From a virus: a stretch of 64,000 bases of DNA. A program made the position numbers and the translations under genes. The notes below the pieces were generated by a model. The model worked only from the letters and a program-made list of their open reading frames with translations, was not told the DNA's origin and searched no databases. The DNA is taken from positions 71,070 to 135,069 of the IMG/VR virus record IMGVR_UViG_3300023174_000001. One strand, given 5' to 3'. Numbering within the stretch: position 1 is the stretch's first letter; each line of letters begins with the position of its first letter. This document shows positions 27,386 to 38,300 of this stretch, piece by piece.

Positions 27386-27973
27386 TTAGTTTCTCCACTT
27401 CCAGAGTGCTACCTTGTCTTCGTTGAGACCAAGTAGATAATCTACAAAGTGTTTATTACATAAGACTGCTTCTGAACGCTTCTCACGCATTACGGTGATT
27501 GCTTGTTCAGGTGAGTAGCCTTCACGGATGAGCACAAGTGCCATCACAATACCACTGCGATTGAGACCTGCTTGGCATCTGATTAGCACACGCTTACCAG
27601 ACTTCCAATCCTTGTGAGCCATCTTTACTATATCTTCTAGTTCAGTCTCTGGGTTGAAGTCTCCCATAGCACTGTCATAGAAACCTAGTCGTACTTCTTT
27701 GACAAACCAATCAACAGGTTCAGCATCTGCGTAGAGAGTGAATACAGAATCAAAGTGCTTTGGTGTTATCTTAGTGCCGATGGTAGTCGCTTGGTCAAAC
27801 CATTCTTGGTCAGCCCATCTATCTAGAGTCCCACCTTGCCATAGGTTAGGTACGGTCTCAGTCCATAGTTGATGTGGCAACACTGGATATACGGGTCGTC
27901 TTAGTTCTTCTAGACTTTGAGCAGTTATGTCCAAGCGTTCATTGACATTTGTTATTTTCTTAGGTAATGTCAT
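27386..27973 (-). CDS. Dual-specificity / tyrosine phosphatase
   Basis: VLIRCQAGLNRSG (CX5R); PNLWQGG; EQAI...R.KR. Confidence 0.9.
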   Translation of the reverse strand: MTLPKKITNVNERLDITAQSLEELRRPVYPVLPHQLWTETVPNLWQGGTLDRWADQEWFDQATTIGTKITPKHFDSVFTLYADAEPVDWFVKEVRLGFYDSAMGDFNPETELEDIVKMAHKDWKSGKRVLIRCQAGLNRSGIVMALVLIREGYSPEQAITVMREKRSEAVLCNKHFVDYLLGLNEDKVALWKWRN

Positions 27974-28506
27974 AAGTTATCAATCCTTTCGTCTTTATGT
28001 ATTGATATATCTATTATCAGTCATCTGTACCTATTTGTCAAGCCCTACTTGACTTGCGGTTAGGTGGTTAGGTGTCCTACTACTAATACTACCACTTACA
28101 TATCATTCTGTCAAGTTCAGCACACATATGCGGGCACGGCCATATACGCCGATGCCTGGCTTCAAAGAGACGAGTGCTTTTTTGCCTAGGTGGTTAGATT
28201 TTCCTTGTAAATAATTATTAGATGGCCTGAAGCCCTGTCAGTTGCTACTTCTTATGCGATAGTCGTATGTGATGAGGCTTCTGGCCTCAACTTCAGTCGG
28301 GATACTTGATGCGGTCAGCCCACATAACACATACCTATACATCATTGACCTATCCAACACAACAACTATGTCCGTAGTTAGAGTGTGGGCAGTTGGCACT
28401 TCTTGCTCATCTTTGCTGACACCAGCAGAGAAATGGGCTCTCGCCCACCCTTACTTGACCATGATGGGCAGTAAAGCCCCCCTTGACTGCCTAGGTAGGC
28501 GGCTCA

Positions 28507-28627
28507 ATAAGTGTTTGATAAGTCATCATGGGCCTACATAGGTGTCAAATAAGTATAAACAAGTGCTCACATATGTCAAATAAGTCTTTGATAAGTCTAA
28601 ATAAGTCTAAATAAGCCTAAAATAAGT
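28507..28627 (+). repeat. Helically phased ATAAGT array
   Basis: Exact or 1-mismatch hexamers at 28507, 28518, 28538, 28549, 28559, 28571, 28580, 28591, 28601, 28611, 28622. Confidence 0.85.
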
Positions 28628-28851
28628 GCCTGGAGGCCGCTAAATCGGCACTTTTTTCGGTATTTTTTGGCACTTTTTTAGGAAACAAATTTGAATGACT
28701 CGAAAAACAAGCGTAGCCATCTCGCACGCCAAAGGCAAATATCGGTAATGTATCTTTTTTCTCCGTCAGTAATAAGTTTTTATCGCATAAGGGCCACTCC
28801 CGGAATTTTCAAAAAAATCGTTCCTAGTACAGATGCTAAAATAAATACATT

Positions 28852-29376
28852 ATGAGTGATGACAGAGAATATGCCCGTGAACGCCCTCTCCCCCAAGACG
28901 AGGTTGATTTACTCACCACTGTTGGTAAGAAAGAACGCTACTATCGAGCCAAGCAACTCTTTGATGCTGGCTGGACACTTCAATCGATAGGTAATGCGTT
29001 TGACCCTGTACAGAAACGCTCGACGGTTCAATATTGGACAACACAAGCAAACCCTAAGTTTGATACTAACAAGAGAGTGCCATCTCCTTGGGGCGGTTTC
29101 GTCGACGCTCCTATGCCCAAACCAATCAGAGGTTATCAACTAAAGAACCCTAAATCTCCCGGCATCCCTAAGGAGACCCAAGAGCGTCTACGCTATCTAG
29201 CCCCCCTTGCTCGTTATTATAGAAGTGGTATGTCGTCGACATCCCTAAATGGATTAGCCAACTCGGAGATGAACGAGATAGTTCAAGACCTATACAATAA
29301 GAATGTCAAGATTGCTGAGATTGCGAAGGCAGCGGGCGTGACCAGCAGAGCAATTGCTCGCAGATTAGGAAAATAG
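28852..29376 (+). CDS. Double-HTH DNA-binding protein
   Basis: AGWTLQSIG....RSTVQYW and VKIAEIAKAAGVTSRAIARRL. Confidence 0.8.
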   Translation: MSDDREYARERPLPQDEVDLLTTVGKKERYYRAKQLFDAGWTLQSIGNAFDPVQKRSTVQYWTTQANPKFDTNKRVPSPWGGFVDAPMPKPIRGYQLKNPKSPGIPKETQERLRYLAPLARYYRSGMSSTSLNGLANSEMNEIVQDLYNKNVKIAEIAKAAGVTSRAIARRLGK

Positions 29377-29378
29377 CA

Positions 29379-29756
29379 ATGAAAATTATTCACGATGTTT
29401 TTCCAGCCCACTTGAGCGTTGCTCCATCCGACTATTCAGACGATGAGTTCTCAATAAGGTCTAAGGGAAATCCCGAAGGCGTTTTCTACAAAGACATAAC
29501 CCGTGTTGTTCTTGTTGAAGATGACATCGGTCTCACGATTTGGGTTGCTCAAGACTCCCCTACTGGCCCACAAATTATCTTTCAAGAGCGTTTAGCAATT
29601 TTACACAAGGCAGACAAGCCAGAACAAGACTCTCACGCTAGGACCGTCAGCGGAAAGATACTAGCGTTTTCAAAAGACAATAACTGCGGATGTGGCTCTA
29701 GGCTCAAGAGTTGGAACCCGTACCGAACACTTCACTCAATAAAGGACCAGTTTTGA
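29379..29756 (+). CDS. Conserved hypothetical head-operon protein
   Basis: C-terminal NCGCGSRLKSWNP motif. Confidence 0.8.
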   Translation: MKIIHDVFPAHLSVAPSDYSDDEFSIRSKGNPEGVFYKDITRVVLVEDDIGLTIWVAQDSPTGPQIIFQERLAILHKADKPEQDSHARTVSGKILAFSKDNNCGCGSRLKSWNPYRTLHSIKDQF

Positions 29757-30043
29757 ACATAGACCCACTTACTTTCATAATCTTATGTCTAGCAACTTTT
29801 AGAATTACTAGATTCATAGTTTCAGACTACATTTTTGAGTGGTTGAGAAACAGAATTTGGAAAAGATTTCCGCCGTCGACCACTTTTGGTTATCTGTTCA
29901 CTTGTACTTGGTGTACAAGCATTTGGATTTCATTGGGTATCGTAATTTGCTATACAATAGTTCCTATGGCAACAACCATAGTTGCACTTCCGTTTGCATT
30001 ATCGGCAGTTGCCTCCCTAATTTCCAAGCGTCTAGACGACTAA
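29753..30043 (+). CDS. DUF1360-like membrane protein
   Basis: LATFRITRFI..D.IFE.LR...GYLFTCTWC.SIW; TTG start overlaps the upstream TGA. Confidence 0.8.
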   Translation: MNIDPLTFIILCLATFRITRFIVSDYIFEWLRNRIWKRFPPSTTFGYLFTCTWCTSIWISLGIVICYTIVPMATTIVALPFALSAVASLISKRLDD

Positions 30044-30059
30044 CAGTAGGAGAATAACT

Positions 30060-31880
30060 TTGGGCGTTTTCAGGCGTGATAAGTCAGCAACACAGAATGC
30101 TCCAACAAGAGGTATTCGTGCGTCTGCTCCAATCACTAACAATCTACCTGCCAACTCTGTCTTCCTAAAGCCAGTTCCTAACGCTGCTTCTTCCGTTGCT
30201 TACAATGCCCCAAGAGCGTTGACTGCTGCCGCCACTCAGTTGAAGATTGGCGACAGAAGTGAAGCCGAACAATTCAAAAACAGAAGGGCAGCAGCCTCTT
30301 CAGCGTGGCAACAAGAAGCGTGGGAATACTACGACGCTATCGGTGAAGTAAAGTATGCGTTCAACTTAGTTGCGTCTGTTGTCTCTCGTATCCGTCTTTA
30401 CCCAGCAGTAGTTTCTAATCCTGCCGAATCACCTAGCCCGATTAGGAATGTCGAAGCATTTGACCAGCGTTTAGTTGCCGCAGCAGAGCGTGCTCTACAA
30501 CGCCTTGATTCAGCGTACGGAGGTCAGGCTGGACTTCTAAGAGACGCAGCCCTAAACCTACAAGTAACAGGTGAGTGCTACCTAAGCCAAATTCCTATGC
30601 GACCATCAGACGGAACTCCAGAGTCTTGGGACATTCGTTCCGTTGACGAAATCTCAGTAGATAGTCGTGGAAACATTGTTATTGCCCCTAGACGAGAACT
30701 CAAGACTATGGGTGGCGGTTCTCAGAAGGGCGTTTACCTTTTGCCTAAGGGTGCGTTCATTGGTCGCATTTGGAAAGCACACCCACGCTACTCAGAAGAA
30801 GCAGATTCTTCAATGCGTGGAATTCTAGACCTTTGCTCTGAACTACTTCTTCTAAACAGAACTTTCCGTGCGACAGCCCGCTCCCGTCTAAACGCTGGTG
30901 CTCTTTACTTGCCAGACGGTCTTTCAGTTGCTGCTAACCCAGACCCAGACTTCCCATACACAGACGCGGATGGTATCTACGACGCTCCTACTCCAGAGGA
31001 GTTGGAAGACGAGTTTGAAGACCAGTTGATGGATGCTATGACAACTCCTATCAAGGATGAAGATTCAGCATCTGCCGTTGTTCCACTTATTATTCGTGGT
31101 CCAGCAGAACTCGGCGACAAAATTAAGCAGTTCAAGTTCGAGCGTTCATTTGACCCTATGCTTGCTGCTCGTGCTGACCGTGTGCTTGAGAGAATTATGC
31201 AGGGTCTAGATGTCCCTAAGGATATCGTTTCTGGTCTAGCAAATGTGAAGTACTCGAACGCACTTCAGATTGACGAGTCGCTATACAAGGCACACATTGA
31301 GCCTCTTATGCTTTTGATTGCTGATGCTTTGACCGTCGTCTATCTACGCCCTTACCTACTTGCTAACGGGTTCACCGAACCAGAAGTAGACCGCATTGTT
31401 GTTTGGTACGACCCATCACAGGTTGCTACCCGTAATGACCGTGCGGCAGACGCTGATATGGGATTTGAGAAGATGGCAGTTTCATTTGAGACTTGGCGTA
31501 GAGCACACGGTTTCTCTGAAGCAGAAGCACCAAGCCCTACTGAAGTTGCCTTGCGTCTACTTGTTGAAAAGGGAATGATTACTCCAGAACTAACGGAAGC
31601 AATGCTTGGCGTTGTTGCCCCAGATGTTATGGAGAAAATCCGTGGAGCAGCACAGGCAGCACAGCCAACTCCAGCAGTTCCAGGTCTAGACCAAATGCTT
31701 CAAGGTGGCGAGCCACCAGCAGAAGGGGAACAAGCAGCACCCCCAGCCGAAGCCCCGCCTGGACTAGCAGAGCCTACCGCGACTCCTGAAGCACCAGCCG
31801 AAGCACCTGCTGAAGAAGTACCAGCACCAATTGTTCCAGCAGATGCCACTCCACCCGACCTAGCCGAACCTACTCAGTAA
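30060..31880 (+). CDS. Portal protein
   Basis: WQQEAWEYYDAIGE, SRIRLY, RIWKAHPR....ADS, SRLNAG.L..P, SASAVVP; position after terL. Confidence 0.88.
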   Translation: MGVFRRDKSATQNAPTRGIRASAPITNNLPANSVFLKPVPNAASSVAYNAPRALTAAATQLKIGDRSEAEQFKNRRAAASSAWQQEAWEYYDAIGEVKYAFNLVASVVSRIRLYPAVVSNPAESPSPIRNVEAFDQRLVAAAERALQRLDSAYGGQAGLLRDAALNLQVTGECYLSQIPMRPSDGTPESWDIRSVDEISVDSRGNIVIAPRRELKTMGGGSQKGVYLLPKGAFIGRIWKAHPRYSEEADSSMRGILDLCSELLLLNRTFRATARSRLNAGALYLPDGLSVAANPDPDFPYTDADGIYDAPTPEELEDEFEDQLMDAMTTPIKDEDSASAVVPLIIRGPAELGDKIKQFKFERSFDPMLAARADRVLERIMQGLDVPKDIVSGLANVKYSNALQIDESLYKAHIEPLMLLIADALTVVYLRPYLLANGFTEPEVDRIVVWYDPSQVATRNDRAADADMGFEKMAVSFETWRRAHGFSEAEAPSPTEVALRLLVEKGMITPELTEAMLGVVAPDVMEKIRGAAQAAQPTPAVPGLDQMLQGGEPPAEGEQAAPPAEAPPGLAEPTATPEAPAEAPAEEVPAPIVPADATPPDLAEPTQ

Positions 31881-31889
31881 GAAAGAAAA

Positions 31890-32363
31890 ATGCATCAGAA
31901 ACTAGCAGAAAAGTTAGCGGTATGTTTAGGAGACACCGTTACCTATAAATTTATTGCTCACGGTTATCACTGGAATGTAAAAGGACCTGAGTTCACTCAG
32001 TTCCACGATTTCTTCCAAGAACTTTACGAGGATGCGGACTCAGCAATTGACCCGCTTGCCGAAAACATTCGCAAACTTGGGTATGACTCTCCGTTCACAT
32101 TAGAAGATTTTTCTTCATTGACCTGCGTACATGTAAATCCAGTTTCTGGAGACCCGATGAAGATGGCTGAAAATCTTTACACAATCAATAAGCACCTGAA
32201 AGACTGTCTTACTGAAGCCTTTGACATTGCTAATGCTTGTAATGAGCAGGGAATTGCTAACTTCCTAGCAGAGCGTATTGATATGCACGGTAAGTGGATT
32301 TGGCAGATTGGGACCACTATTGGTGCTGACGCAACAGTTATCACAAGAATCGAGATTAAGTAA
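31890..32363 (+). CDS. dps: Dps / ferritin-like DNA protection protein
   Basis: HGYHWNVKG..F...HDFFQELY......D..AE.IR; ERI..H.K..W. Confidence 0.92.
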   Translation: MHQKLAEKLAVCLGDTVTYKFIAHGYHWNVKGPEFTQFHDFFQELYEDADSAIDPLAENIRKLGYDSPFTLEDFSSLTCVHVNPVSGDPMKMAENLYTINKHLKDCLTEAFDIANACNEQGIANFLAERIDMHGKWIWQIGTTIGADATVITRIEIK

Positions 32364-35300
32364 TGAGCGAATACGAAGATTTTGAGCCAATCAATGAGAT
32401 AAATAAAATCATCCAAAGTGAGGACATTCAAGCACTTCCTTCTATTTACGAGAAGAAAGAGAAAACAAATGTTGTCACCGAGGGAACTGCTCTAGTAGCA
32501 TCAGCAAATAAGAAAACTCTACCTAACCGTAGAGTTGGAAGATTTGAAATGCTTGAAGTTCTAGAGAGAAGTCTCAGCAGGACAGTTTTAAACTTCAACA
32601 ACCCATCTCAAAGAGCGTTTACCGCAATGAGAGAATTATCAGACTTTGTGAATATGGCAACTACTGGAGCAACTCCAAAGATTGCTGACGCACATAGAGA
32701 CCTACTTCCAGTAGGACACCCACTATCAACCAAGAAACACAACTTTTCTCAAGAAGAGTTGGCTTACGCTCGTGCTGAGTGGATGTCGGCAGACCCTAGA
32801 ATTGCCGAAGAGTTCCGCCCAATGGTCGCTACTGCTTTTGTTACACCAGCAGATAGCGTAGAGCGTGAGTATCTAATAGCAAAGTTGGAAGCAACAGACG
32901 CTACCCTAGTACCAAGGGATGTCATCCTCGGCCTAACGGCTGGCGGAGACCCCTATGGCGGGGGGAACTCTTTTTTAGCCCGTTCGACGCGTGCTAGGGC
33001 ACAGCGTCGAGACAGAAAAGGTCGATTTGCTTGGATGGGCGGAGGAGCCAAAGTATGGCTCGGCGAATTATTCAACGCTGTATCCTCGCTTTTTAGATTT
33101 GCTGGCTATAACTCTAAAACTGACTCGTTTGACCTAGAAGGTATCCCTGGCAGTCCTTACTTCGGGAAGATTGTTAGCGTACCTGCTTCCAAGGTAGAGG
33201 CAGTAAAAGCAATTCTTCCTGAAATTCCTGGACTTGCCCTGCCTAAATCAAAGAGCGTTTCTAAAAACCTTATTGTTGACCCAGCATCTTTAGTTGTAAA
33301 GGATGCTCCAACTGGTTGGACAAAAGTTTCTAGCGAGAACGGCGTTGACACTTTCCGTTCTGCTGATGGCTGGGTAGCAACTCGCTACCCTAACCTTGCT
33401 TCAGCACCTAATGAGCCAAGCATTACTAGAGTTCGCGGTGTCAATGATGACAAGAGTATAAATCCAGACCTTCCTGTTTACCACATTGCTAAAGGTTCTA
33501 GCGACGGTCTAATTACAGATAAGCCATTTGCCATAACTCAAGGTTGGGGAGACGCTCAGGCGTTGATTGCTCGCTATGACAAAAAGATTACTTCTAGTGG
33601 AAAGCGAAAAAAGGCTAGCAAGTCAGCCCAGCAAAAGTTTATAAAGGGCTGGACAAAAGGCGAGGGTGGCTACATTCCAGGTAAATGGAATGCTTACACT
33701 GGAACATCAGATACAGCAGGTGGAAAAGATTTCTACACAGACCCAAGCGGAAGATATGTTGCCGTAAAATTAGCAACCAAACAAGAAGATATACAAGACT
33801 GGATGCCAGACAGAGAAGGCATTATAAAAAGAAGCGACGAGCGTACAAGAAAGCAAGTACTGGAGAGTGGGCTACCAATTCACACCTTTGACGGTGCTAA
33901 AGATTGGGATGGAAATGTCGACAACCTATACAGACTTGAAAGAGTAAAGAGCGACGGTAGGAGAGAACTACTAGGTTTCTATCAAGACCTAGAGGATATC
34001 GAGAGAGATACAGAAATCCCACTTACCGAAGATAAATCTCAAGATTTCTACGAGAGCGTTATTGCCGATACTATCCAAAATGGTGGAAACACAATTGACT
34101 TTGTTGATGGAAGTTGGCCAGAGGATGGTTATATCGTTGCTCACGAGGCAGACATTCCACAAAAGGGCGGGACTCTAGCCAAGAGAGAAGAGTTAGTTAC
34201 CCCAGAAGATTTTGCTGACCCAATTGAAGGTCCAAAAAAACTTCGTGCTTTTGTACTAAAAAACCAAGACAAACTTTCTCAGCAAGGTTTCTACCTAGGT
34301 ACTTGGCTAGACACCGTTGATGTAACAGATGAAAACGGAAAAGTTGTAGACCAGCGTGAGATGGTATTCCTAGATGTTAGCGAATACGAGCCTAACTTTG
34401 ATAAGGCGTTTGATAAAGCCGAAGCCAGAAGCGAACTTGCTTACTATGGCGTATCTGAGGGTAGAAGTTTCTATGTAAAGGATGAAAAGCATAGGCGAGA
34501 AGTAGTCCGCAAAACTCCAGTCTTCGATGAAGCAGAAGAAAAAAGAGTTAGAGCAGAAGCCGACAAGATTATCAAAGAAGAAGGTAAGTGGTTTTCTGAT
34601 AACAACCTAGAACTACAGAGAACTAGAGTTGCCTTCTGGAAGGGTAGTGGCGATGACGCAATTCCTAATCCTGAACTACAAAAAGATTACCCAGAAATAT
34701 ATAGAAGACTAACTCGCAGATTTGAAGCCGAAAAATCGAGAGGGTCTGTATTTAGAGAATACATTCGTTCTGTCTTCCAAATGTCTGACGGTATGGACCC
34801 AGGTGGTAGAAACGATGGTCTATCTGGTGAATTGCTAAGAACTAGAGATAACTATGTCGGAAACGACAGAAAAACTTTAGAAATGAACAAAGCCCTGCGT
34901 GATGGCGGGGATGTTACTTCCAAAGTACAGAAGATAGATGCTCTAGTAAACAAATCTAAGTTGAAAGACGACACTCAGTTCTTTAGAGGTGCTTGGCTTG
35001 ACCCAGAACTTGTAAAAGATATGGAAGTCGGAGATATGTTCTTTGACAGAGCATTCCAGTCTATGGGCCTAGAAGAAGACACTGCTTCAAGTTATTTGGA
35101 TTTTAGAGAAGAAGTTGCTCCAGGTAAATCTAGGGTCATATTTAGATTACTCTTGCCAAAGGGTATGAACGCTATCCATGTTGGCGATGATGAAGTTATT
35201 GGTAGACGCAACACCAAAATGCGTATAATTAGAAAATCAAAACTAGACGGTACAACCTACTTTGATGTAGATGTTGAGCCTCAAACGAAAGAAGAAATAG

Positions 35301-38300
35301 ATGCCAGAATCCAAGGGCGAGTCGCAAAACCTGAAGAATCTAAAGATGGTGCAAGTTCCAGCAAACTTCCAGCAAATGACGGAGGAGGAACAGATGGCTT
35401 GGGCGACGGAGGCACACTCCCAATTAATTACGGCCCTAAACCAGCAGGACAAAGGCAAAACAACAGAGAGTTAGAGTCATTTGACCCTAACGACCCAGTA
35501 CCAGCAGCACCAAGAAACGCTGGTGGTATGACAACAGGTACTTGGTGGGCTTGGGAGAAGGGTCCTGACGGTCAGCAATACATTGACTATATGAGGCAAG
35601 TGGCTTGTCGTTTGACCGGGTTGCCAGTGCCAGAAACTCAATTTGATAAAGGTAGAGGCCTACACTTTATGCTAAGCAGGGGTTGGGGTGCTCCTAATGA
35701 AAAAAGCATTGCTGGTATGGTCAATGCAATTGCTGATGGTCCAGCACAGCCTACTTTATTCCGTGGATTAGGAATAAGCGATGTTGAAGGTGACGCTTCT
35801 TTGCTAGGCAAGCAAGTGGGCGACACTATAGATATGCCTTTGGCATCTTTTACTCGTTCTGCTGGTGTAGCGACTTGGTACGCCAATGACAGGTCCAGAA
35901 CTTCTGGCACACCAGTGATAATCAAAGTACAGCAGGGTGCTAATGGTGTATCTCTATCAGCAAAAAGTTCTTACTATCCTATGGACTACGAGACTGTAGT
36001 AAATGGAAAATTTGAAGTAGTAAGTACTGAAGATGTAACTATGCCTTTCTGGGATAGAAGTTATGTTACTTTTCACAGTGGCAATACCCAAGCCGGGGAG
36101 CCTGTCGATTTAGACCCAGTTATTGCTAGGAGAGAATTTGACATTCCACCTGAGGTTCTAGTTAAAGTTAGAGAAGCACTAAAAGCAAACCCTGATGCCG
36201 ATTTGTCGGAATTTGGCTCAGACACAATAAGATTTACTAATGACCGTAGGCAATATGACCGCCAACTGTCAGTTTCGGTGTGGAAACTTTCAGAGCCTAA
36301 AACTTTTAAAGTATTAGAACTAAAGCAAGTAGAGCCACTTAGAATCAAAACTAATAACTCCGATGGTACCGAGCAGTCAGACTCCACTTTACTTATGGGG
36401 CCAATTTCTCAAAATCCAGCCCCAACTCTTTCACTGAACAACTCCCCTAAACTTATGGGCGAAAGACCAGAGCAAGCCACAAGAATAGCCGACCCAGAAG
36501 AAGCAATCTGGGATAGGGCACTGATTGACATTGGAATAAGAGATGAGGTCATAGACGAGACCATAAGAACTCAAGATAATTTAGAAAATGTCACAAGACA
36601 GGCGTTGAAAGACCATGTTTCCTTAGAAATAAGGAAAAAACTAAAGGGTGTCAGCGACAAAGAGTTTGTAGAGTTGATGACGCAGGGGTTAGCCAATAAC
36701 CTAACGGTAGAAGATTTTGGTTTTGAAGGCACTAGAAATATTGATTTTATTGGGGTAGTAGATATAGATGGAAACAGTAATAGAACTCGTGGTCTATATA
36801 CCAGCATCGGTAGATTAATAAGTTCAAGTGGAGGCGTGCCTCGTAATTTTCCAAAAGATTTGGCTGACCGTCTAAAGACTGGAAAAATTACACGCAAAGA
36901 TGCTGAAGAAGTTGTAAGGCTACTAAACGAGTTCAGAGCAACTCCACCTTTTGTTGATAATGGAAAATTACACATTCCAAGTGTTGACGACAAAGATTTT
37001 ATGGAATACCTGAGATATAGAACTGTCTCTAATTTAATTTCAATGTGGGCTGTAAGTTCTAACGGAACTAATCCTTTATCTCTTGCTATTCAGTCAGTAG
37101 CCGAAAAAGAATTTGGCGTAAAAGGTATGGCGGAATGGGATATGCCTATTGGAGTTGCTAATGAAGTTAAAGATATTGCCAAAAAGAACGAAAACATACT
37201 TAGAAAATTCTTAAGGGCTCAGTATGACCTCACTCAAGAATATTTTCAAAAAAAGGGAATATCAAAAATAACTCTCTATCGTGGAATAAAAGAGTTTATG
37301 AGACACGATATCAAAGATGCCACCTTCCCTTCAGAAAATGGATTTATGGCCTCAATAAAACTTAGACCACTTTCTGCTTGGTCTACCAGCATGGGAATTG
37401 CTAATAGATTTAGAAACATTCAAAGTGGAAAAATGTTCCGTAAAGAGTTTGATGTGAAAGATATATTCTCTCTACCAAGCACTGGCGTTGGATGTTTTCC
37501 TGAAAAAGAAATTGTAGTACTAGGTGGACTAACTAAAGATGTGGATATATCTGGTGAATACAAGGTTGACCAGCCTAGAGCAGTGTTCCCTTCTCCAGAG
37601 CCAAGACCAATAACATACAAAGAAGACCAGCCACAAATACAAGTAAACAATGCTCCAATTGACCTAAGCAGAATTCCGCCAGATGATGGCGGGGAAGAGC
37701 CAGAACTAGACATCTTTGACCTAGAAGGTGTAAACCCATTCTACGCAGACCCTGCTTTCCACAAACAACAAGTTGCTAGAAATATAGCGGACTCGGATGA
37801 AATGGTGGAAGTCAGCGACTTCGATATGGTTGAACTATCTGGTTGGTTCAACTTATTCTCCACTGACGAATTGGAGTGGGGCGATGATGGAAAAAGAGCA
37901 GTTGGCTCTATTCGACTACTTGCTTTGGATAACGGCGAATGGTCTGGCGATTATGATTTTTCTGACCTCCTCTCTAGTGTTGAAGAAAACATTAAGTTTG
38001 GCGGAGTCGAGCCATTTAAAAAGGGCAGTGTTCTTGAACGCGTTGTAAACGGGTATATAAACGGAGAAGACCCGTCAATTTCAAAAGAAGAACTGGCTAA
38101 ATTCTTTGAAGAATACAACGAACACTTTGATGTAGATTACGCCGACTCTTACCTAGTTCCAGACATTGAAAATCAGCAATTTATGAACCTTCTTAGAGAA
38201 GAAATTGCTTCAAACTTAATCCATGTTTGGGCAGAGACTTCAAATGGCGACCACCCAATGTCTCACGCCATTCAAGAAATTGCCGCCGACATTTTGGACA

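Noticed and set aside
28269-28541. 90-aa ORF in the gap before the head operon
   Set aside because: No RBS, atypical composition, and it runs into the ATAAGT array.
36363-37615. Further nested +1-frame genes after ART2 (~36363) and ART3 (~37539)
   Set aside because: Only ~24 codons each, with no protein-like pattern.
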